Shown here in pieces: positions 24,829-34,967 of a DNA stretch of 37,368 nt (the stretch's first letter is position 1; the number at the start of each line of letters is the position of its first letter). Source of the DNA: a virus (lineage: Duplodnaviria > Caudoviricetes); IMG/VR virus record IMGVR_UViG_3300044210_000047, positions 1 to 37,368 of that record; one strand, 5' to 3'. A model generated the notes under the pieces. It was not told the origin of the DNA. It ran no database searches and saw only the letters and a program-made list of their open reading frames with translations. Position numbers and translations under genes: made by a program.

Positions 24829-26385
24829 TCATCCCACTACCTTCGTGATCTTCTCGTTTTCCGTCTTGGCGCGATGCGTGATCCACACCGCCTGAACCGA
24901 CCGGGGTTCGATGGGCGGATGCGCCACCGTGATGCTGGCAAATCGGTTGCCATCGAGAGTCGGAGTAAAGACCTCGGTATAGGGAGCGCCGTACTGGTAG
25001 GTCACCACCGGCGTCGCGCCGGCGTCTGGCAGCGCGGTCGGCATCAGGTAAATCTCTCCCGTCGCGTAACGAATCCCTCCACCGCCATCGCCCGTGAGCC
25101 GGCCCGTGCCATCGTCCACCACCGACTTTGTCACCTGGCCCGAGGTCCAGGTGATCGTGACACTGTTCGGGATGACGCCGGGATGCGCCAGTTGATAGCG
25201 CCAGCCGGGAAACGACAGGGTGGCCGTGGTCAAGGACCCAGCGACCGCGTGCACGCTCGCGCCCCACCCCCAGAGGATCGAGGACCCAATGTCGGGGAGT
25301 GCCTGCAACGTGATGAGCACGCTGCCGGTGGTGTAGTTGAGACTGCCCGCGCCACTCCCGGCCATTCCGCCCGTCCCGGTATCCGTGATGCGATACCACT
25401 TCCCCTGGGCGCGGTAGGACACGACCACCGTGCCCGGGGCGGGCTTGGGGAGCAGCAGATTCACGTAGTTGAGCGCTTGATTCGCGGCGCTGATGAGCAG
25501 GCCGCTGGTGTGCGCAACCTGTGAAAAAGTCGCGGTCCGTGCGCCACCGGACACACTGAACTCCTTTCCGCCCCCGGCCTGCGCGTCCAAGACCGGGGTT
25601 TCCGTCTGCACGCTCGGCACCAAAGGCGTATAGAGGCTATCCACCTGCAAGGTGCTTTCGCCGTGCGTGGCCGGCGCGGTCAAGGGCCGGGCGCTGTAAT
25701 ACCGGGCGGCGGCGCTGGCAATCGTGTCGCGAATCCGGGTGGCCGCCGAGGTCGTGGTATAGCGCGAAGGTTCCACGCCATCAAAATCGTAGCGGAGCGG
25801 GTCGGAGATTTCCGCCAGCACCACCACCCGTTCAAAATTGCCTGAGCCGTCCACAAAGGTCTGGGTTTCCGACGTAACCCGCGTCACCCGCACATACTGT
25901 TCAATCTCGGAGACTTCGCCTTCATCTTGAATCAGCACGAGCGTCTGGCCGACGATGGGGAGTTCCGCGTTCGGGAAGTTCACGAGCTGCAACGCCCGCT
26001 GTCCGGTCAGATGATCACCGTACAGCAGCGCCGGCCAATACCCACTGCGCGTCAGGAATCGTTCGATGTAGTCCCGCGCATCATCCCGAACATCCGTCCA
26101 GCTACCCGACGAAAACAGGGTGATATTGATGTCGGTATCGGTCGGCACGGCGGACAGCACGACATGCGCGCCCAGATAAACGTCCGTGTCCGTGCTGCGA
26201 TTCGCGGCATAGGCTTTCCGTAGCCGAACCCGCCCGAACACCCGGTCGGTTGGGGCGATGTCGGGAAAGAGATTGTTTTCCTGATTATCCGGGATGACGT
26301 TTCCCGTCATGCGCCCGCCGCCCTGGGCGCTATCGTCCAACCGTTCGGATTCGAGGAAGACGAGATCGGTTTCGGCAATCGCCAT
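24829..26385 (-). CDS. Large tail protein, N-terminal partner
   Basis: SERLDD..GGGRMTG..ENNLFPDI..DRVFGRVRLRK start; GSLNYTTG / GIRYATG repeats. Confidence 0.8.
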   Translation of the reverse strand: MAIAETDLVFLESERLDDSAQGGGRMTGNVIPDNQENNLFPDIAPTDRVFGRVRLRKAYAANRSTDTDVYLGAHVVLSAVPTDTDINITLFSSGSWTDVRDDARDYIERFLTRSGYWPALLYGDHLTGQRALQLVNFPNAELPIVGQTLVLIQDEGEVSEIEQYVRVTRVTSETQTFVDGSGNFERVVVLAEISDPLRYDFDGVEPSRYTTTSAATRIRDTIASAAARYYSARPLTAPATHGESTLQVDSLYTPLVPSVQTETPVLDAQAGGGKEFSVSGGARTATFSQVAHTSGLLISAANQALNYVNLLLPKPAPGTVVVSYRAQGKWYRITDTGTGGMAGSGAGSLNYTTGSVLITLQALPDIGSSILWGWGASVHAVAGSLTTATLSFPGWRYQLAHPGVIPNSVTITWTSGQVTKSVVDDGTGRLTGDGGGGIRYATGEIYLMPTALPDAGATPVVTYQYGAPYTEVFTPTLDGNRFASITVAHPPIEPRSVQAVWITHRAKTENEKITKVVG

Positions 26386-26570
26386 CAGGTCACCTTTTGC
26401 GCCCGTTCCAGGGCGGCCAGTAATTCATCAATGGACATCCGCGCCAGCGCGTCGGCCCGGAGCTTGAGCGCCTTTTCGGCTTCCGCTCGCAGCTTTTCCA
26501 GTCGGCTCTTCAGCCCGGACAAGTCGGCGGTCGCGATGCCTTGGAGTCCATCGGTGATGGTGCGCGCCAT
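26385..26570 (-). CDS. Small helical hypothetical protein
   Basis: Coupled on both sides between the tape measure and tail genes. Confidence 0.6.
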   Translation of the reverse strand: MARTITDGLQGIATADLSGLKSRLEKLRAEAEKALKLRADALARMSIDELLAALERAQKVT

Positions 26571-29500
26571 TACAACGTCTCTCGCAACTGCCCCGCCGTG
26601 CGGGTGATCGTCGTGAGTTGCCCGGACAGCCGGTCTAAATCAATGCTGGCGGCTTGTTTCAGTGCCCCATGGAACCGCCCGACCTCATCCGCCGCCTCGC
26701 CCCATATCGCCCTGGCGGCGGTGCCCGCCGTGGTGGAACGGTTCGTGGCTTGCGCCTGCTGGGCTTCTTCTTCCGCCAGTTGTTTCAACTTGAGCGCGTA
26801 CAGGTCATTGGCACGGCGCACCGCGAGCTGGTATTCGTCATTGCTCATCGCGCCCGCCTTGGCGTGCAATTCTTCAATGCGCTTGAGGTTTTCGGCGTGA
26901 TCCAACTCCAGCAGCCGCTGCTTATCCCCCTGGATTTGCAGCATCTCGCGGTTGAAACTCTCCGCCATGTCCAAGAGCGACGCTGAGAGCCGCTCAGCCT
27001 CTTGCCGGGCATCCGCCATGGCCTGCCGGAGATTCTGGGCCGCGCCATGGGCCGCGTCGTTCAAATAAGACTGGCTATTCTCCAGGGCCAGAGCGAGCGC
27101 CTCGGCATTGAATGTGGCGTTCGACAGCCCCTCGGTGGCCAACCGTTGCGCCATGGTATTCGCATCGGAAATCGCACGTTCGATGTCACTGATGATGCGC
27201 CCGAACTGGAATAGGCCCTCTGTCCCGAACGCGGTTGCGGCGACATCATTGAACTTGGCATACGTGACATTCAGATCATTCATGCTTTTCGTGGCGGTCG
27301 CGGCACTCGTGCCCACCTGCGAATTTCGCAATGCGACATTGGCTTGCAAGTTCGAGAATTTGTAGGCGTTTTGTGCCACGAGATCGAAGACATCCGCCTC
27401 TTTCTTCACCGCCTCGGTCAGTTTTTCCTCGCTCGCCGTTTGACGGTCGGAAGCGAGCGCGGCGGCTTGCTTTTCCATCGCCGTGACCTGGACCTTCTCC
27501 GCCAGGATCTTTTGCGCTTCGACGTTGGTTTTCGCCGCTTCGGTGGCGGCTTTCTCCTTTTCCACCAGCAGTTCGGCGATCTTCAGCGCGGCTTTCCCGG
27601 CCTCGGTGGTGTCGTTCGTGGCCTTGAGTTGATCGCGCTTGGCGACGGCCAGCGCCTGTTCCGCTTGCTGTTCCGCCAGCTTGGCTTTGGCGATCTTCAC
27701 GGACCAATCCGCTTCCAGTTGCGCCCGCTCAATCGAGAGCCGCTGCGCTTCGTAGGTCATTCCCTTGGCTTTCGCCAGCGCGATTTCCGCGTCTTTCGAT
27801 GAGAGTTGGGCTTTGGCGGTCCCTTCCAGCGCGGTCACGTATTTCCCGGTTTGCGTGACCGCCGTCCCGAGCTCGGCGATGATTTGTTGCTTGGTCTTGA
27901 CGCTGGCGGTCGCGGCGGTGGATTCGGTATTGATGCCCCGAATCGCCTCTTGCACCGCGACGTCATAGTCCCGCTGCGCCTGGGCGGTCGCCTCCACGGA
28001 CTGCTTTAGTGCGTCTTGCGCGATCTTGTCCTTGCGCTTGGCTTCCTCGTAGACATACAGGCTGACCGCTCCTTGGTCGTACAGCTGGCCGATGGCGAGA
28101 TAGGAATGCTGCGCTTCGTCGGCGGCGTCGGCGGCGTCGGCCTGCTCTTTCTTGAGCATCGCCAGCTTGCCGGTGTAATCCTGCAAGCTGAAAACAATCG
28201 GCTCTAAAACCTTCGCGTCGCCGAAATCTGGCGGCTTGACTTTTTCGGCTTCCTCGCGGGCTTTTTTGATCTTGTCGCCAATGCCATCAAACGCGCCCGC
28301 AACTTTTTTCCCCCCCTCCTCGATGTCCTTGAGGTCCTGCTTCGCTTGCTTCCACAAATCCTCGGCAGCGGCTCGAGCGGCGTCGGCCTTGGCGAGCAAT
28401 TCATCCGCGCGCTTCGCCGTGCCCAGCCCGATATTCGACGCGGCGCGTTCAATCGATGCGAGCACATCAAAAAATTTGCTGACCGTGATCGAAAAGCCCG
28501 CGACCAGCGCATTGATGGGCGCGGTCGTGGCGTTGAAAACGGTTTTGATGGTGCCCGCCACCGCCGTCGCGGTAGAAGACACAATGGCGAAAGACCCCTT
28601 GGCATATTCCGCGAATCCATTAACCGCCTGTTTCGCGCTCTCGAAGTCAAAGCTCTTAATGGCGCTGGCAATGCCATCGGCAATGCCGGTGCCGAATTCG
28701 CGCAGGAGGTCTTGCACGCCCTTGATGCTGCCGTCGCTCAACGCGGTGGAAAACGCGGCGGCCAACTCCTTCGCCTGTTTCGCAATCGGGTCCAGCAGCG
28801 GTTCCAGCAGCGCGGATTTCAACGCTTCCCACGCGGAATTCAGGCTCGCCATGGCGGATTTGAGATTTCCCCCCATGGCATCCGCCGCTTCCTGAGCCGC
28901 CCCGCCCGCATTTTTGAGTTGCAGCGTGTAGTCGTTCAGCCCGGTCTGTCCCTCGGCAATCAATGCCCGCAGGCCCGGTCCGGCCTCGGTGCCGAAGGCC
29001 AGAATCGCGGCGTTGGCGCTATTGCCCTTATCCTTGAGCGCGCCCATCACGGTTCCGAGATCGCGGCTGGAAATGCCGAGCGCGTCCAATTCGCCGCCAG
29101 CTTTGCTGGCGGGGTCGAGCAGACTGGTCAGAATCGCTTTAAGCGCGGTCCCCGCTTCCGCGCCCTTGATGCCATTTTTATGCAGCAGGTCAAGAGCGGC
29201 GACGGTGGATTCCAAATCCATACCCGCCGCGCGCGCCATGCCGCCCGCTTGGGTCAGCGCCTCGGCTAGCTGGCTGGCGCTGGACGTAGTGATATTCGCG
29301 CCCTTGGCGAAGACATCCGCGACGCGGCCCGTCTCTTCAAATCCCAATCCCATGATGGAGAGGGAATCGATCAATTTCGTGGCGGCGACTTCGGTGCTGA
29401 TTTGTTCCGACGCGGCGAGCGCCAGCACTGGGGGCAGCGCGCCAATCGCGGATTTTGCGTCCAGCCCCGCGGCGGCCAGCGCTTCCAATGCCGTGCCAGA

Positions 29501-29788
29501 TTCCACCCCCGATACGCCGAATGCCGCCCCGACCGCGCGAGCCTGGGTGGCCAGTTCGCCCATGGCATCGACGGTATAGCCGCCCTTCGCCGCGACCCGA
29601 TCCATCTGGGCTTCAAAATCGGCGGCCCCTCTCAGTCCCCCGCCGAAGACGCCGGCGAAGGCGTCACGAATCCGGTTAGCGGTCGCGCTAGTGGTGCGGT
29701 CGATGAAACTGTACAGCGTGCTGAAGACCGACGAGGCTTCGTCCTTGGCGCTGATCAGCAGCTGCAAGACGAGATTACGGTCGGCCAT
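26570..29788 (-). CDS. Tail tape measure protein (TP901-type)
   Basis: 1072 aa, Ala-rich and helical; AADFEAQMDRVAAK, GIKGAEAGTALK core. Confidence 0.93.
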   Translation of the reverse strand: MADRNLVLQLLISAKDEASSVFSTLYSFIDRTTSATANRIRDAFAGVFGGGLRGAADFEAQMDRVAAKGGYTVDAMGELATQARAVGAAFGVSGVESGTALEALAAAGLDAKSAIGALPPVLALAASEQISTEVAATKLIDSLSIMGLGFEETGRVADVFAKGANITTSSASQLAEALTQAGGMARAAGMDLESTVAALDLLHKNGIKGAEAGTALKAILTSLLDPASKAGGELDALGISSRDLGTVMGALKDKGNSANAAILAFGTEAGPGLRALIAEGQTGLNDYTLQLKNAGGAAQEAADAMGGNLKSAMASLNSAWEALKSALLEPLLDPIAKQAKELAAAFSTALSDGSIKGVQDLLREFGTGIADGIASAIKSFDFESAKQAVNGFAEYAKGSFAIVSSTATAVAGTIKTVFNATTAPINALVAGFSITVSKFFDVLASIERAASNIGLGTAKRADELLAKADAARAAAEDLWKQAKQDLKDIEEGGKKVAGAFDGIGDKIKKAREEAEKVKPPDFGDAKVLEPIVFSLQDYTGKLAMLKKEQADAADAADEAQHSYLAIGQLYDQGAVSLYVYEEAKRKDKIAQDALKQSVEATAQAQRDYDVAVQEAIRGINTESTAATASVKTKQQIIAELGTAVTQTGKYVTALEGTAKAQLSSKDAEIALAKAKGMTYEAQRLSIERAQLEADWSVKIAKAKLAEQQAEQALAVAKRDQLKATNDTTEAGKAALKIAELLVEKEKAATEAAKTNVEAQKILAEKVQVTAMEKQAAALASDRQTASEEKLTEAVKKEADVFDLVAQNAYKFSNLQANVALRNSQVGTSAATATKSMNDLNVTYAKFNDVAATAFGTEGLFQFGRIISDIERAISDANTMAQRLATEGLSNATFNAEALALALENSQSYLNDAAHGAAQNLRQAMADARQEAERLSASLLDMAESFNREMLQIQGDKQRLLELDHAENLKRIEELHAKAGAMSNDEYQLAVRRANDLYALKLKQLAEEEAQQAQATNRSTTAGTAARAIWGEAADEVGRFHGALKQAASIDLDRLSGQLTTITRTAGQLRETL

Positions 29789-29791
29789 GCG

Positions 29792-30187
29792 CTAGACCTC
29801 GATCAGCTTGAGCGATTCCAGGACATACCACGCGCCGGCCGAGGGGTCGGCGGGGCCGGAGTCTCTCACGATGGGAACGGCGCTGACGGCCAGCGGGTCA
29901 TCATCGGCGGGGAGCACGGTGAATTCCCGGGCGTCATGCAGGGTGAGGGTCATTTCCGCGCCGGTGTCCAGCAACGCCTTGAGGGCAGTCGTCTCCGCCC
30001 GCGTGAGCCACGCGAACTCATTGCCGCCGATCAGGGTGATCGGGCGACCGGCGAGCTTTTCGCCCTGCTGGACGATCGGCGCGCCGGTCAGGCTATGGAT
30101 GATCGTTTGTGCGATGGGCGACCCCTTAAATTCATCCGAGAACCTTAACCCGTCAGGTAATCGGATGTTGTTGAGATAGATGGACAC
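29792..30187 (-). CDS. Minor tail (distal-tail-like) protein
   Basis: LPDGLRFSDEF..IAQ..SLTGAPIVQ..GRPITL motif. Confidence 0.6.
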   Translation of the reverse strand: MSIYLNNIRLPDGLRFSDEFKGSPIAQTIIHSLTGAPIVQQGEKLAGRPITLIGGNEFAWLTRAETTALKALLDTGAEMTLTLHDAREFTVLPADDDPLAVSAVPIVRDSGPADPSAGAWYVLESLKLIEV

Positions 30188-30204
30188 GTCAGCGTGATGG
30201 CCAT

Positions 30205-30996
30205 CTACGCCGCCAGATCAGAGACCTGGAACAACCATGGGGAGGTGGGCGCGGGGCTGATGCCCACCGTCGGGGTGAGCATCTTGCCGGCGAACTGCCC
30301 TTTGACGTACGTGCCCGTCACCGGGTCGAACGCGGCGGAACCGGCCAGGTTGACCTTGTAGATGACGATACGCCCGCGCTTGCTGCTGACTTTTTCCGTG
30401 GCGGAGCCGATCAGCATCACGTAGTTGCTGATCGCCTTGCCAGACGCGTAGTTTTCAATCGCGCGCGTGGTGGTCTTATAACTGACCTTGGTCACGGTCG
30501 CGCCGGTCACGTCCAGCGCCTTGAACATCCCGTTGACCAGGTCGACGGTGTAATGGTCGCTGGTAATCGTGGCATCGGCGGCGGTCTTGGCGACGATTTC
30601 GGTGCCGGTGCCATGGGCGGCGATGTACTTATTGGCCAGCGGGACCCACAACCCCACGGCGGCGGTAATCGGATCGTCCGTGATGGAGGTGGCGGTCTGG
30701 GTGACCTCGGTCAAAGTGGCGCCCAGCAAGACGCTGAACAACGCGGGCGGCATGTAATCCGCTTCCGCCGAGAGCGAGCCGGCTTCCGTGGTCTTGTTCA
30801 CCGACGCCAACAATTCGCCCGCCGAGCCTTCCATGTTGCTCAACAGGTCATTCGCTTCCTGCACCTGACTTTGCAGTTCCAGTTTCGTCCAGTTCACCGG
30901 GTCGTAGAACTGCGTCGGCGCGGTATCGCCCGACCAGAATCCAAATTTGATCGCACAGTTCAGATAGATCGATTTTGATGCAACGGCAATCGCCAT
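30205..30996 (-). CDS. Major tail tube protein
   Basis: 263 aa, Thr/Ala beta-rich, located between capsid and tape measure genes. Confidence 0.7.
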   Translation of the reverse strand: MAIAVASKSIYLNCAIKFGFWSGDTAPTQFYDPVNWTKLELQSQVQEANDLLSNMEGSAGELLASVNKTTEAGSLSAEADYMPPALFSVLLGATLTEVTQTATSITDDPITAAVGLWVPLANKYIAAHGTGTEIVAKTAADATITSDHYTVDLVNGMFKALDVTGATVTKVSYKTTTRAIENYASGKAISNYVMLIGSATEKVSSKRGRIVIYKVNLAGSAAFDPVTGTYVKGQFAGKMLTPTVGISPAPTSPWLFQVSDLAA

Positions 30997-31002
30997 GATG
31001 GG

Positions 31003-31161
31003 TTACTCCGAGCGCCGCTTTTTCGGCGGCGCGGGTTCAGATTCAGATTCTAGGGCCAGGGGCGGCGCGGCGACGGAGGCGCGGCGGGCGGCGATTTGCC
31101 GTATCCGCCGCCGCTGTTCCGTCTGCTGGCATTTCCAGTGCTGATAGATCGCCGGGGTCAT
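31003..31161 (-). CDS. Small hypothetical protein (52 aa, not in ORF track)
   Basis: ATG 31161 to TAA 31003: MTPAIYQHWKCQQTEQRRR...PPKKRRSE; fills the gap exactly. Confidence 0.55.
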   Translation of the reverse strand: MTPAIYQHWKCQQTEQRRRIRQIAARRASVAAPPLALESESEPAPPKKRRSE

Positions 31162-31168
31162 GGGGGGG

Positions 31169-31729
31169 CTACCAGGTCAACGTCAATTCGCGGTAGGTGA
31201 TCCGGATCTTCAGCGGGCTATCGCCGGTGATGATTTCCCCGGTCAGCAGATGCAGCACCAGCGGCGCGGCGGCCACCGGAGCAAACGCGGCGGTCGTGGT
31301 CGGCGTTACATAGCGGAACGCATCCGCCGTCGCATCCAAAAACCCGGTCGTTTCCACCGTCGCCAGCACGGCGCCGCTATCGTTGCTGTACTTAATGGTC
31401 AGGTCTTCGCCGCCCGCGATTTCAGCATAGGCCGCCGATCCATAGTCCAGCCACAGTTCAGCCGCGACCAAGATCAGTGCCTTGCCTGCCGCAGGCGCGG
31501 CGATCAGCGTTTTCGGCGTGGCGTTGAGCGCCTTCATCTCCGAGGCGCTGACCGTCACCGTGGCGGTTTTCAGCGGCATGGAGTAGATCGGCGCATAGAG
31601 CGTATCGCAGTACGTTTTCGCCCTGGCGTCGGTGTGATATTGCAAGTGATCGTCACCGTCTAGCCCGCTCAGTTCCCCGTGATCGAGGCTGGCGGGATTG
31701 ACGGCATTGCCTAAACGGAAGCGAGGCAT
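31169..31729 (-). CDS. Putative head decoration / structural protein
   Basis: Follows the capsid gene; HGELSGLDGDDHLQYH motif then a beta-sandwich-like region. Confidence 0.55.
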   Translation of the reverse strand: MPRFRLGNAVNPASLDHGELSGLDGDDHLQYHTDARAKTYCDTLYAPIYSMPLKTATVTVSASEMKALNATPKTLIAAPAAGKALILVAAELWLDYGSAAYAEIAGGEDLTIKYSNDSGAVLATVETTGFLDATADAFRYVTPTTTAAFAPVAAAPLVLHLLTGEIITGDSPLKIRITYRELTLTW

Positions 31730-31741
31730 GGGGTCATTTCC

Positions 31742-32701
31742 TCACTTGCTGATGATCGCGACGATCTTGATATTCTTCGTATCCCACGCCTTCGCCCAGT
31801 TAGCGGCGGTCGCCAGTTCGACGTTGGTCGGGGAACTGCCCGCCATGCTGCTGCTGGTCCAGCGCAATCCACGCGGGTGGAAAATAAATTCACGGCGCGT
31901 AATGAGGGTTTCCTGGCCGGACCCATAGCCCGCCAGCGGGGACCGCAAAGACTCGGTGGGGACCTTGGGGCTGCCCTCGCCATAGGCCACGCTGCCCGGC
32001 CCGAACAGGTAGGTGGTGTAATTGCCGGTATCCAGCGGGCATGAGTCATCGACAATCACGCGATAGCCCAGGAACGTCGGGAACCGTATGTCGCCTTCCG
32101 CGCCGATATAGTCAATCAGCAAAGCTTTTTGCAGCGCGGTATATTTCGCCGAGTGCATGATGATGGCCGACAAACTGTCGGCGGCGTCGCCGAGTTTCTG
32201 CTTGCCGTCGAGAATCACATCCGCCGAGAGCGCGGTCGCGGCCCCATGCACATCATGGACGTGCGTGCTGGCCAGGGCGGTCGCGAAAATGCCGGTCAGG
32301 CTTTGGATCAGGATGGTCTGCTGGTCGCGCACCCACCACGAAGCGATCAGATTGGCGATGCGCTCCAGCGGGTCATCGCCGGCGCCGATGGATTTGGTAA
32401 TGTCCATGGCCGACCAGGCCGCGTTGCGGAACAACTTGACGGCGGTCTCGTAGCTTTGGGCGATATTGCCAGGAGTAATCGAGTGGGTCGGGTCATCATC
32501 CGCGACCGTCGAACTCCCGCTGAGGTCATTCCAGTACGGCAGGGTGAAAGTCGCGCCTTCGCTTTTCGCCAGCGCGGCAATCGCCGGGTCGGCGGCGACA
32601 ATGCCCGACTGAAACAGGGCGGACTTCGTGGTGCTGAGGGCTTGAACGCGGGCGGCGAATTCCGCCTTGACGATCAAGTTCGTAATCTGGGTAACCGCCA
32701 T
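31742..32701 (-). CDS. Major capsid protein
   Basis: LFQSGIV, TLPYWNDLSG, DPLERIA, IIMHS, FLGYRVIVDD, RREFIFHPRG, NIKIV. Confidence 0.9.
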   Translation of the reverse strand: MAVTQITNLIVKAEFAARVQALSTTKSALFQSGIVAADPAIAALAKSEGATFTLPYWNDLSGSSTVADDDPTHSITPGNIAQSYETAVKLFRNAAWSAMDITKSIGAGDDPLERIANLIASWWVRDQQTILIQSLTGIFATALASTHVHDVHGAATALSADVILDGKQKLGDAADSLSAIIMHSAKYTALQKALLIDYIGAEGDIRFPTFLGYRVIVDDSCPLDTGNYTTYLFGPGSVAYGEGSPKVPTESLRSPLAGYGSGQETLITRREFIFHPRGLRWTSSSMAGSSPTNVELATAANWAKAWDTKNIKIVAIISK

Positions 32702-32713
32702 GACTAGGCTCCG

Positions 32714-33409
32714 TTAGGGTGGGCTAGCCGCCGCTTTCAGTTGCGCGGCCAGCGCGGGTTTTTCATCGGCCAGACGAAGTTGCTCGGTTAAGTTAAACGT
32801 CGCCTTCGCCCAGGGATTCGCTACCTCGCCGCCTCGCGCGCCAGGGTAGTAACCGGAGCCTCGCGCGCCGGGGGACTTCAGCAAATGGGGCTTGCTGGCG
32901 GCCAAGTGCGTCACGCCCTCGGTCAGCGGCAGCAGATTGCCCTTTTCATCTTGATACCGGGCCTGGCCTTGCTCTTCATCCCACGCCAGCTTTTGGCGCA
33001 GGTAGGATTCCACCAGATCGCGGTCAATGAACTCGTAGGCGCTCATCGCCTGATTCAGTTCCGCCGCCAGCGCGGTTTGCCGGTGTTTCATCGTCAAATC
33101 AGCTAAGGCTTGATCCTTGGCTTTCGCGGCGGCGTCCAATGCCTTGAGGCGGGTTTCCAGTTGCTTCAGCGCCTCGGCTTGTCCCTTGGCGGGCGGCAAG
33201 GCGTCCAGTTCCTCCAGGGTTTCAATCCCCAGTTTCTCCATCAGCCGCGCCACCGTCGCGGTGGCCTCGTCGGCCTTGGCTTTGAGGGATTGTCGTCCGG
33301 TCTGGCTTTCCTTTCGAGCGGCGTCACGCTGCCCGATGAGGTCGTTCAGATAGGTTTCCAACTCGGCGAATCGCTCGCCCAGCGGCTCTTTCAATGCATC
33401 TAGATTCAT
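32714..33409 (-). CDS. Capsid scaffolding protein
   Basis: Coiled coil with C-terminal NPWAKATFNLTEQ, directly upstream of the capsid gene. Confidence 0.8.
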   Translation of the reverse strand: MNLDALKEPLGERFAELETYLNDLIGQRDAARKESQTGRQSLKAKADEATATVARLMEKLGIETLEELDALPPAKGQAEALKQLETRLKALDAAAKAKDQALADLTMKHRQTALAAELNQAMSAYEFIDRDLVESYLRQKLAWDEEQGQARYQDEKGNLLPLTEGVTHLAASKPHLLKSPGARGSGYYPGARGGEVANPWAKATFNLTEQLRLADEKPALAAQLKAAASPP

Positions 33410-33480
33410 CCGACGTCTCGATTTGTATTTACCCTATAATAGCTTATCATCACAGATAAAATCCATGGTCAAGAGGTTGC
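33410..33480. promoter_or_regulatory. Divergent late control region
   Basis: 71-bp AT-rich gap between divergent scaffold and portal genes; TATAAT at 33435; TTATC-N6-GATAA palindrome at 33444-33459. Confidence 0.55.
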
Positions 33481-34758
33481 ATGGCGACGTTCGACCCCAC
33501 GCCGTTTCAGATTGTTGCCGATGCGCTCAATGGCACGGGCGGATTTAGTGACGGCACGTACCTGGTGCAGTATCCGCGTGAATCCGATGATAAGTTTGAA
33601 CGGCGGCAAGCCATCGCCTGGTACGCGAACGCCTTGCGCCCCGCGTGTCAACGATTCGTCGGGTACCTCACCAAAAGACCCCCTTTCCGTGAAGTCTCTC
33701 AGCCGGCCTTCACCGCGCTGCTCGACTCTTGCAACTGGCCAAACGACAACCTGGACGTGTTCTGGTCGCAGTTTATGACGGACGCCAAGGCGCGGGGCGC
33801 GATGTTGTTGCTGGTGGACATGCCGCCCGAGGGGCTAGAGACAGACCGCACCTGGCCGATCCTCAGTTCGATCCCGCTCGAACGCCTGACCGCCTACGCG
33901 ATGAACCCCCAGGGCGCGCTCGCCAGCGTGAGCTTTTCCGATACCCTCACGATCGACGGGAAAGAGACCGCCGTCAGCCGGGTCTACGATGAAACCGGCT
34001 GGCGCGTGCGGCTCGGGACGACCCTGCTTTCGCAGGGGACGCATTCCCTCGGCGTCTGTCCCGTGCTGGCGTTCGCGGAATCCGGGGCGTTCCCCGGGCT
34101 GGGCGAGTTCGCCACTATTGCCCACCTGAGCAAGCGGCTGTACAACCTGCGCTCGGAACTCGATGAAATCCTGCGATCACAGACGTTCAGCCTATTGACC
34201 TACAAAGTGCCGACTGACCGCTATCCGCTCGACCTGGGCGCCATCGCCCAGACCATCGGCACCCATAACTTGTTACAGACGTTTCCCGAGGGCGCGGAAT
34301 TCATCGCCCCGCCCGAAGGTCCGGCTCGGGTCTACCTGGACGTGATCGCGCAAGTGGAGGGGTTGATCCGGCAAGCGGCGCTGATGGTGGATATTCCGAA
34401 CAGCAATAACCAAGAATCCGGCGTCGCGTTGCAACTGCGGTTCCAGGCGCTGAACAGCAGTCTGGTGGGGTTCGCCCGGCGCATGGAGGACTTCGAACGG
34501 CGGATGTGGGAATTGGCGGGTCGCTGGCTGGGGATTGAACCCCAGGTCTCCGTGTCGTGGGGCAAGGATTATAGCATTGCCGACCTGAAAACCGAGATTG
34601 AAGTGGCGCAAAACATGGCCGCGCTGAATGCGCCGCCTGCCTACCAACAAGCCAAGCTGCAGCAACTCATTCAGCTGGACCTGGCGACGCTGCCCGAAGA
34701 TGAGCTGTCCGGCATTCTGGCCGGAATCGACGAAATGCAACAGGAGACTGCGTTATGA
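33481..34758 (+). CDS. Portal protein
   Basis: YLVQYPRES..FERR, HSLGVCPV, ESGVALQLRF motifs typical of SPP1-like portals; 425 aa. Confidence 0.85.
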   Translation: MATFDPTPFQIVADALNGTGGFSDGTYLVQYPRESDDKFERRQAIAWYANALRPACQRFVGYLTKRPPFREVSQPAFTALLDSCNWPNDNLDVFWSQFMTDAKARGAMLLLVDMPPEGLETDRTWPILSSIPLERLTAYAMNPQGALASVSFSDTLTIDGKETAVSRVYDETGWRVRLGTTLLSQGTHSLGVCPVLAFAESGAFPGLGEFATIAHLSKRLYNLRSELDEILRSQTFSLLTYKVPTDRYPLDLGAIAQTIGTHNLLQTFPEGAEFIAPPEGPARVYLDVIAQVEGLIRQAALMVDIPNSNNQESGVALQLRFQALNSSLVGFARRMEDFERRMWELAGRWLGIEPQVSVSWGKDYSIADLKTEIEVAQNMAALNAPPAYQQAKLQQLIQLDLATLPEDELSGILAGIDEMQQETAL

Positions 34759-34967
34759 TCGCCAACACTTTTTGGCGAGCCAAGGGCCGCCCGGCAACTG
34801 AAACCCTGGCGACTCTAGAAACCGTTGACGGGGCCGGGTCCGGCTTAGATTCCGACTTGCTGGACGGAAAACATGCCTCGGAATTCCAGCCGAACACTGG
34901 ACTGGATAGCGCGAGGATTGCGCAGGATTTTCAGATTTTTGAGTACCTCAACTACGGAGCCATGTGA
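34755..34967 (+). CDS. Small fibre-motif protein
   Basis: DGAGSGLDSDLLDGKHASEF, a motif common in tail-fibre shafts. Confidence 0.65.
   Translation: MIANTFWRAKGRPATETLATLETVDGAGSGLDSDLLDGKHASEFQPNTGLDSARIAQDFQIFEYLNYGAM

Noticed and set aside
17912-33409. Numerous long plus-strand ORFs opposite the structural operon
   Set aside because: Shadow ORFs typical of high-GC coding DNA; no RBS or recognisable motifs.
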